Source: a virus. Taken from it: a stretch of 46,994 nucleotides of DNA. A program made the position numbers and the translations under genes. Within the stretch, counting starts at the first letter, position 1. The number at the start of each line of letters is the position of its first letter. Location: IMG/VR virus record IMGVR_UViG_3300001471_000004. One strand, 5' to 3'. This document shows positions 41,582 through 46,994 of this stretch, in pieces. Below the pieces are notes generated by a model. It did not search any database. It was not told the origin of the DNA and was given only the letters and a program-made list of their open reading frames with translations.

Positions 41582-42814
41582 TTAAAAGTCCGCGCTGACT
41601 GTGATGGTGTTCGCGGCACCCGTGGCTGCGTAAAGCATCAAGTGCATAGTGCCCACGGCCGCAGTCTCGGATACAGCGCACGTCAGCTTGATCGAGTTAA
41701 GATTGCTCGAGCTGGCCACGGTCGCAAGCGTCGTACAGGCTTCGGCGGTGCCATCGGCAACTTTAGTCATGCCGAACGATGTGGCAGCCGCTACCGCGAC
41801 AACCGGTGTCTTAACCAACGTCGCCGGCAACATGAGCGTGCAAGCCGCCGTCGCACCCGACGAAGTTTCGGTGCAGGTGCCGGGCAACGTAAAGGTCGCC
41901 GCCGGGCTGTCGGCCCATTGCGCGTAAAAAGATTGCGCGACCCTGAGTTCATCAACAAAAGGTCGGAATTCAAACGCGGACGGTGCGTAACCCTGTTCCA
42001 GCTGCACGCCGGTAAACTCAAACCCATCGGTCGCGCCGGCCGTACCGCCCGTCGTCGGCGTCCAGCACAGAGCAACAGCAGCCTCGGTCGCGGTCGTTGG
42101 GATTGCGAAGCCGGTGCTCAGCCGCTGCCACGAAGAAGTCAGCGTGAACGCAGTCGTGTTCGTCGACGCAATCCCGGTCCATGCCGGCGTGATGGCGGGC
42201 GACGCGGTGAAGGACTGCAAGCCCTGATCGACGCCGGTGCCGGTGAACAGGTACGCGTTAAGCGTCGTCTGCTCGGCGAGCATCAGCGCCAGCCCCTTGG
42301 CGTAGAAACTCAACTCGACGTACGTGCCGGCGAGCGGCGTCAAGCGCGTCGTCGGGATTTCCTGCATCACACATTGCGGCTGCGCAAGCGCGCCGGAGGT
42401 GCGATAAAACAGCGATGCGGCGTTGAAAATCGGCGATGAAGGCAGGTCCGTCGTCTCGATCGAGAGCGTGCCGGCGCCGGACGTGACGTTGACATTGGCG
42501 CCCCACCGATCGGCGCTGTACGCCGAACTCGGGATTGTGGTTGTGCCGGCCGTTCGCGTACCGGTGCCGCGCTGCTGGACCTGCATCCCGCCGTTGTCGA
42601 GCACATTGCGTGGCGTGGTGTACGGCGCCATCGTCTGCGGCGTCACATACTGGTTGATGAGCTCGATCAGATGATTGACCGTCGCTAGGATATGCGAAGC
42701 GTCGGCAAACACCGGATTGGTGGACGGCAGGTAGGGCACGTTCTGCGCGCGCACCGCGGCCGTTCCGAGACCGAACACACACAACGCCGCAATGATGGAT
42801 CTGCGAAACCGCAT
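41582..42814 (-). CDS. Fibre/receptor-binding-like protein, 410 aa, with Sec-type N-terminus
   Basis: ATG 42814 with a GGGAGA SD. N-terminus MRFRRSIIAALCVFGLGTAAVRA/QN. Thr/Ala/Ser-rich beta-type sequence. Confidence 0.6.
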   Translation of the reverse strand: MRFRRSIIAALCVFGLGTAAVRAQNVPYLPSTNPVFADASHILATVNHLIELINQYVTPQTMAPYTTPRNVLDNGGMQVQQRGTGTRTAGTTTIPSSAYSADRWGANVNVTSGAGTLSIETTDLPSSPIFNAASLFYRTSGALAQPQCVMQEIPTTRLTPLAGTYVELSFYAKGLALMLAEQTTLNAYLFTGTGVDQGLQSFTASPAITPAWTGIASTNTTAFTLTSSWQRLSTGFAIPTTATEAAVALCWTPTTGGTAGATDGFEFTGVQLEQGYAPSAFEFRPFVDELRVAQSFYAQWADSPAATFTLPGTCTETSSGATAACTLMLPATLVKTPVVAVAAATSFGMTKVADGTAEACTTLATVASSSNLNSIKLTCAVSETAAVGTMHLMLYAATGAANTITVSADF

Positions 42815-42906
42815 GGTCGTATCTCCCAAAAAGGCGTCAAGCGCCGACCGAGCCTGCCGGAACCTACACTATATCCGGTGCCACTTCAACAGGCTGTTAC
42901 CCACAG

Positions 42907-44619
42907 CTAGTTGGCGTTTACGTTGTCCTTGTAGGCCAGGATTTGGACAAGGCCATTCGCCGCCCCGTTGATGCTGACATAGATCGTAGCTGTCTCCAAC
43001 TTCATCCACCCTGTTGCGGTGGTGACCGCCGTATTGAGCCCAAGCGGCGGCGGGTTTGGCGTTTCAAGGCTTTCGTACGTGTTATTCGGCGCCGCGCACG
43101 TTGCTGCCGCCGAAGCGGCGTCCGCCCCTACCAGGACGAGCTCGACATCGGTCGCGGTCGACGGCGCCCACAAAGGCGCCACCCCGGACGTACCCGCAAT
43201 CGTCTCTGCCGCCCATGTAGGTGTTGTCGACGTGGTTCCACAGCTGGTTCCACCATTCAAATGCTGCGCTACGACGGGGAGGGTCGAGAGGTTCGCCCCA
43301 CCGTTCACGTACTGGGTAACCGCACCCGTCGTGCGAAAACCGTAGAAGTTGGCCGATCCGTTCGTCTTGCTAGCACCAAGGCGGCACAAATAAATATACC
43401 CGCTCGGCATCGTCGGTGACGTCGCAGAGGCACTGTCAAGCCCGGCCGTCGTCGTGCCGTTGCTGATCAAGTAGTGATTGTACATCGTGTTGTTGCCGAG
43501 CGACACGGCATCGAGACCGTTGGCGCCGTTGATGGTGTCGTTGATCGCGACCGAGACACCGGTCACATAGATTGGCACGTTGCCGGTCGGATTGATGAGC
43601 ACCGCCGAACCGGCCGTGATGTCGATCTTGGTGTTCGGCGTACCCGTGTCGTTGTAGATCGCTAACCCAACCGCGCCGCACAGCGGCGTCGGGTTGACCA
43701 CTGCCGTGCCATTCGCGCGCATGTAGTTGGTGATCGCCCAATTGCCGAGCCCACCACTGCTCTTGCCGAGATAAACCGCAACGGCGGTGTCGCCCGCCGC
43801 AGCGGCGATATTAGCCGCCCCTGGCGTCTGGATGCAGCCACCAACCGTCGCGCAACTCGTCTGGTTCCAGGTGATCGTGAGCGGCGACGTGAACGTGACC
43901 TGATAGTTGGGGTACGTCGTCGTCGCCGTCTGACCGAAAGACGTGATCGTGGTCGAGCCAGTGATACTGACGTTGTGTGATGAGACGGTGCCCAGATCGG
44001 TGGTCGTCGCCGAAGCGAGATTAGTGAGTGGCCCGACACCGCCATATTGCACGCCCCCGCAATTCGTACACTCGAACTCGCTGCCATCCCATTGGGCAAT
44101 GACAATCTGGTTAGCCTGTATCTCGCCGCCAATCATCGGCACAGGCCCGTTCGGCCCGATATTATAAAAACTCGGCGGACAAGTCCCGGTCGAACACGCG
44201 GGGTTTGTGGTCGCGGTGACGGTCTGCGACGCAACTTCAAGCGTGGTCACACCTGTGTTCGTCAGCGACGCGACGAAGATCACTGTGTACCCGGTAACGA
44301 GCGTAAAACCCGTAGGCGCGGGCGAAGCGAAGGTGATTGCGTTGGCTGTGCCCGTCACCGCCCCGCCGAAGAACACGGATGATCCGCCCCCGGAAGGCGG
44401 GATTGGCGTCGTCAGGCCGAGCAGCGCCGTGATGTCGTTATTTGCGCCTGCTGCAGCCGCGTTGCCGAGACAGACAACCAGCGCGTTATAGTTCGCCATC
44501 ACCTGACTTGCGTCGGCGGTCGTGCCGTTCTGCAAATTAAAAGGCAAGCTGCAAGTAACGCCCGCCGAAGCCGCGGACACCCACAGCGAAAATATAAACC
44601 CAACAATCCAGCGCTTCAT
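42907..44619 (-). CDS. Tail-fibre-like protein, 570 aa, with Sec-type N-terminus
   Basis: ATG 44619 with a GAGGG SD. N-terminus MKRWIVGFIFSLWVSAASA/G. It carries the fibre-type motif ANNDITALLGLTTPIPPSGGG and a Cys-rich segment. Confidence 0.7.
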   Translation of the reverse strand: MKRWIVGFIFSLWVSAASAGVTCSLPFNLQNGTTADASQVMANYNALVVCLGNAAAAGANNDITALLGLTTPIPPSGGGSSVFFGGAVTGTANAITFASPAPTGFTLVTGYTVIFVASLTNTGVTTLEVASQTVTATTNPACSTGTCPPSFYNIGPNGPVPMIGGEIQANQIVIAQWDGSEFECTNCGGVQYGGVGPLTNLASATTTDLGTVSSHNVSITGSTTITSFGQTATTTYPNYQVTFTSPLTITWNQTSCATVGGCIQTPGAANIAAAAGDTAVAVYLGKSSGGLGNWAITNYMRANGTAVVNPTPLCGAVGLAIYNDTGTPNTKIDITAGSAVLINPTGNVPIYVTGVSVAINDTINGANGLDAVSLGNNTMYNHYLISNGTTTAGLDSASATSPTMPSGYIYLCRLGASKTNGSANFYGFRTTGAVTQYVNGGANLSTLPVVAQHLNGGTSCGTTSTTPTWAAETIAGTSGVAPLWAPSTATDVELVLVGADAASAAATCAAPNNTYESLETPNPPPLGLNTAVTTATGWMKLETATIYVSINGAANGLVQILAYKDNVNAN

Positions 44620-44626
44620 GGTGCCC

Positions 44627-46288
44627 TCACTGCTGCAGGTAGCCGAGCACCTCATAGCGAAGGTGCAGCCGACCAATCTTGATCCCCGACGCACAGACGC
44701 CCGTCGCGACGATTGCCATCCGGCGAAACACGATAGGAAAATGCCACTGGAGCGGGCGCGGGTAAAGAGCGTTCGCAACGCCTTGCCATAACGCCTGATC
44801 CCAAATAAACGCGCCCCACAAAGTAGCGGAGCCTGCGGGAACAACCGTCACCGTATCAAGCACCACGCCATTTTGATCTTGCGAGGTGACCGTGATCGTG
44901 TTGCCGGCAACTAGCGCCATATGAAGCGTCGTCTCGACCATCGCCACCTCGGCCATCTGATCGGTGTCAGGAAGCATCGGCGTCGCCCAATTGAAATTCA
45001 TCGCGACGCCGTTCTCGACATATGTCGTGCTTGAGGACTGTGCCGTGTCACTTTGAAATAGTGCGGCCGTGCCTTGTAGCGCGACGATGAACGAGTTAGC
45101 ATAGGCGGCCATCAACGAAGCGGCTTGCGTGTGAGGCCCGGACCAGATGGTGCGAACGAAGTCATACCACCACTGCTGCTGCGGATTACCCGACGCGCCG
45201 CCGTTCTGCAGCTGCACTCGATAGATGCCGTTGTTGTAAGCGGCGCACATGCGCGACGGTGTGAGCGCCGAGACGAATGGCGCGGCAATGCCATCGCCGT
45301 CTACGCCGATCGGGTCCCCTACGTTCGCGCCGAAATCAATGACACGCACGCCGTCCGGCGCGACAAAGGCCAAGCCCTTGGGCGTCGAGACAATTGTGTT
45401 AGCCGCGTACGTTCCGGTGCCAGGATTGAGCGCATTGAGCGACAAATTCTGCAACGCGTAGTCGCCAGTGATCTGGTAGATATTGGTGACGCCCTTGAAC
45501 ACCATCATCGACTGGAGGACGCCGCCAAGCTGGTTGTCGAGCGGCACACCCCCCGCGCCAGTCAAAGGAACGTTGTCGCCGAAAGTCAGTATCTGGTTCG
45601 CGTTCGTGATAATCGTCGGCGTCAGCGGGTCGGAGAAGTACGCGGCTGGCATCTGATTTGGTGGATTGACGAGGAAGTAGCAGCGACCGTTGAAATTAAA
45701 AACCCATGTCGGTGGGGCGATCAGCGTGTTGGTCGTCGTATTCTGCGCACTCCATGCCGGCGCCGCGGGGTTGGTGATATCGAGCACGCCAAAATAGGCG
45801 TTGCCCGCACCGGTAAAGCCAGGGTGCGAGAATATGATCGTCGAACCCACCAGCGCCATCGACGGTGGGCTCCAAGGGCCGGCAGTCTGCGGGCTGATTG
45901 GTGTGTTTACAGCCGTGACACCAGAAATCGCTGTATAGAGCCCGGTCAGGATGTTGTACGCAAAAGGCTCGTCGTGCCCTGGATTGCGGGAGGTAGAAAC
46001 CATCCCGTAGACCCACGTTCCGTAGACGCGATAAACAGAGACGAACGTCGGACCGACGAAAAGATCGGGTCCGAACGCGCTAGAAAACGCCGCCGACCAG
46101 GGCCGATTGGCGCCAACAAAATTAGCTAATGAAATCGCTGCCGGGCGACACTGCCACAGATCCCGCGTAGTTGGGTCGGGGATCAGGTTCGTCAGCGCGC
46201 CCATTGCACCTTTCGGCGCGGTCGAGCTATCGAGGGTGTCAGACGCGCCTCGTGGTGACCAGACCAGTGGTTTGCCCGGTAAGGCCAT
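44627..46288 (-). CDS. Virion structural protein, 553 aa (same gene as 946-2607)
   Basis: Translation identical to 946-2607. Confidence 0.6.
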   Translation of the reverse strand: MALPGKPLVWSPRGASDTLDSSTAPKGAMGALTNLIPDPTTRDLWQCRPAAISLANFVGANRPWSAAFSSAFGPDLFVGPTFVSVYRVYGTWVYGMVSTSRNPGHDEPFAYNILTGLYTAISGVTAVNTPISPQTAGPWSPPSMALVGSTIIFSHPGFTGAGNAYFGVLDITNPAAPAWSAQNTTTNTLIAPPTWVFNFNGRCYFLVNPPNQMPAAYFSDPLTPTIITNANQILTFGDNVPLTGAGGVPLDNQLGGVLQSMMVFKGVTNIYQITGDYALQNLSLNALNPGTGTYAANTIVSTPKGLAFVAPDGVRVIDFGANVGDPIGVDGDGIAAPFVSALTPSRMCAAYNNGIYRVQLQNGGASGNPQQQWWYDFVRTIWSGPHTQAASLMAAYANSFIVALQGTAALFQSDTAQSSSTTYVENGVAMNFNWATPMLPDTDQMAEVAMVETTLHMALVAGNTITVTSQDQNGVVLDTVTVVPAGSATLWGAFIWDQALWQGVANALYPRPLQWHFPIVFRRMAIVATGVCASGIKIGRLHLRYEVLGYLQQ

Positions 46289-46312
46289 CCACGAGGAACC
46301 TCTGCAACGAGG

Positions 46313-46994
46313 TTAGAACTTGTATTCGAGCGATGCGCGTACGAGGTTCTCGGCGTTGAAGCTCGCGGTCGCCGCGTTCGCCACGCCGACTGACGCCGAA
46401 CCATAGTTCAGGTAACGATACCCGATGTCGAGAATGATCTTCGGCGCGATGACGAACTTCGCACCAGCCCCTGTCTCGAAGCCCGTGGCGAAGCCGCGCT
46501 CGACGATGCCGGCCGCGACATAGAGGGATATCAGGTCGGCCGTCAGGTTGCTCGGCACGACAACCGGCGCCTGCGTGCCGAAGATGCCGGACAGCGTCCC
46601 GCCGACCTGCGCCTCCTGGTAAGCGAGCACACCGCCTTCGTTGTTCGTCACCCCGCCCACGTTGACCTGGTCGCCAACGCCGGCCTCGATCGCGAGGAAC
46701 GTGGTGCCGTTCCAATACTGCCAACCCCCGTTGACGAAGGGGATCGCGCCGGCCGCGAAGACGGAACCGGATAGCCCGCTGCCGATGATGTCGGCGTTCG
46801 TGCCGTTGCCCGCGAAGCCACCGCCGACATACCAGCCAGTGCAGTAGACCGTCGTGCACCCCGAAGTCGCGGAGGGCGGCGTCTTGGTCACCACCTGCGC
46901 GCTGGCCGGCGTAATCGCGGCCAGCAGCCATGACAGCGCAACGGCGAGGAACAGAAGCTGCGCGACGTTGCCCACACTGCCGTCACGGTGATAG
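46313..46994 (-). CDS. Omp25/Omp31-like beta-barrel ORF, 5'-truncated by the window end (same gene as 2632-3537)
   Basis: Identical to 2632-3313. The internal GTG at 46975 corresponds to 3294. Confidence 0.6.
   Translation of the reverse strand, partial: YHRDGSVGNVAQLLFLAVALSWLLAAITPASAQVVTKTPPSATSGCTTVYCTGWYVGGGFAGNGTNADIIGSGLSGSVFAAGAIPFVNGGWQYWNGTTFLAIEAGVGDQVNVGGVTNNEGGVLAYQEAQVGGTLSGIFGTQAPVVVPSNLTADLISLYVAAGIVERGFATGFETGAGAKFVIAPKIILDIGYRYLNYGSASVGVANAATASFNAENLVRASLEYKF

Larger units (their letters stand above)
43682..46994. repeat. Direct repeat copy 2, identical to 1-3313
   Basis: Same evidence as copy 1. Confidence 0.95.

Noticed and set aside
41582-44619. A diversity-generating retroelement acting on the fibre genes.
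   Set aside because: No reverse-transcriptase-like ORF occurs anywhere in the 43.7-kb unit. I could find no template/variable repeat pair near the fibre 3' ends.
43682-46994. The 3.3-kb repeat as a true direct terminal repeat or as a duplicated tail-gene cassette.
   Set aside because: The copies are identical, the boundaries cut through two genes, and one copy sits at each extreme of the window. Wrap-around of a closed genome is the simpler explanation.

Overview
The window is one closed phage genome read past its own start. Bases 1-3313 recur exactly at 43682-46994, so the unit length is 43,681 bp. It is high-GC (roughly 60% by eye), and no tape-measure, tail-tube or sheath gene was recognised, so it looks short-tailed. 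Two divergent arms leave an AT-rich control region of about 550 bp at 18.2-18.75 kb.

- **Plus-strand early/replication arm (18753-33246):** about 12 small ORFs including XRE-type HTH proteins and a very acidic protein, then a family-A DNA polymerase, a Lys/Ala-rich basic protein, a Cas4-like PD-(D/E)XK nuclease, VRR-NUC, an SNF2 helicase, a Cys4 protein with a Pro/Ala tail, a primase-polymerase/SF3 helicase, and DUF551.
- **Minus-strand packaging/virion/lysis arm:** it runs from 17849 down to 1, wraps to 44619 and continues down to 33254, mostly translationally coupled. It encodes a KTSC protein, a Dam-type methyltransferase, TerL, portal, a fibre-like protein, a GH108 endolysin with two membrane proteins, scaffold, an N4-gp56-like major capsid protein, small virion proteins and a tubular-A/adaptor-like protein. 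It continues with three further fibre-like proteins, a GNAT, low-complexity ejection-type proteins and a 923-aa internal protein.

I saw no tRNA, CRISPR array, integrase, reverse transcriptase or transposase.

The most unusual content:
1. A PurD-like ATP-grasp ligase cassette with two small Zn-ribbon proteins, coupled to the end of the ejection-protein operon.
2. An envelope-targeted block inside the tail genes: a secreted protein, then a 2-TM segment fused in frame to an Omp25/Omp31-type outer-membrane beta-barrel.
3. Sec-type signal peptides on all four fibre-like proteins, plus a 56-aa secreted paralog of one fibre N-terminus.
4. The AT-rich control island, with five copies of a CCATATGG-type motif.

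All family assignments come from motif recognition by eye, not from database searches.
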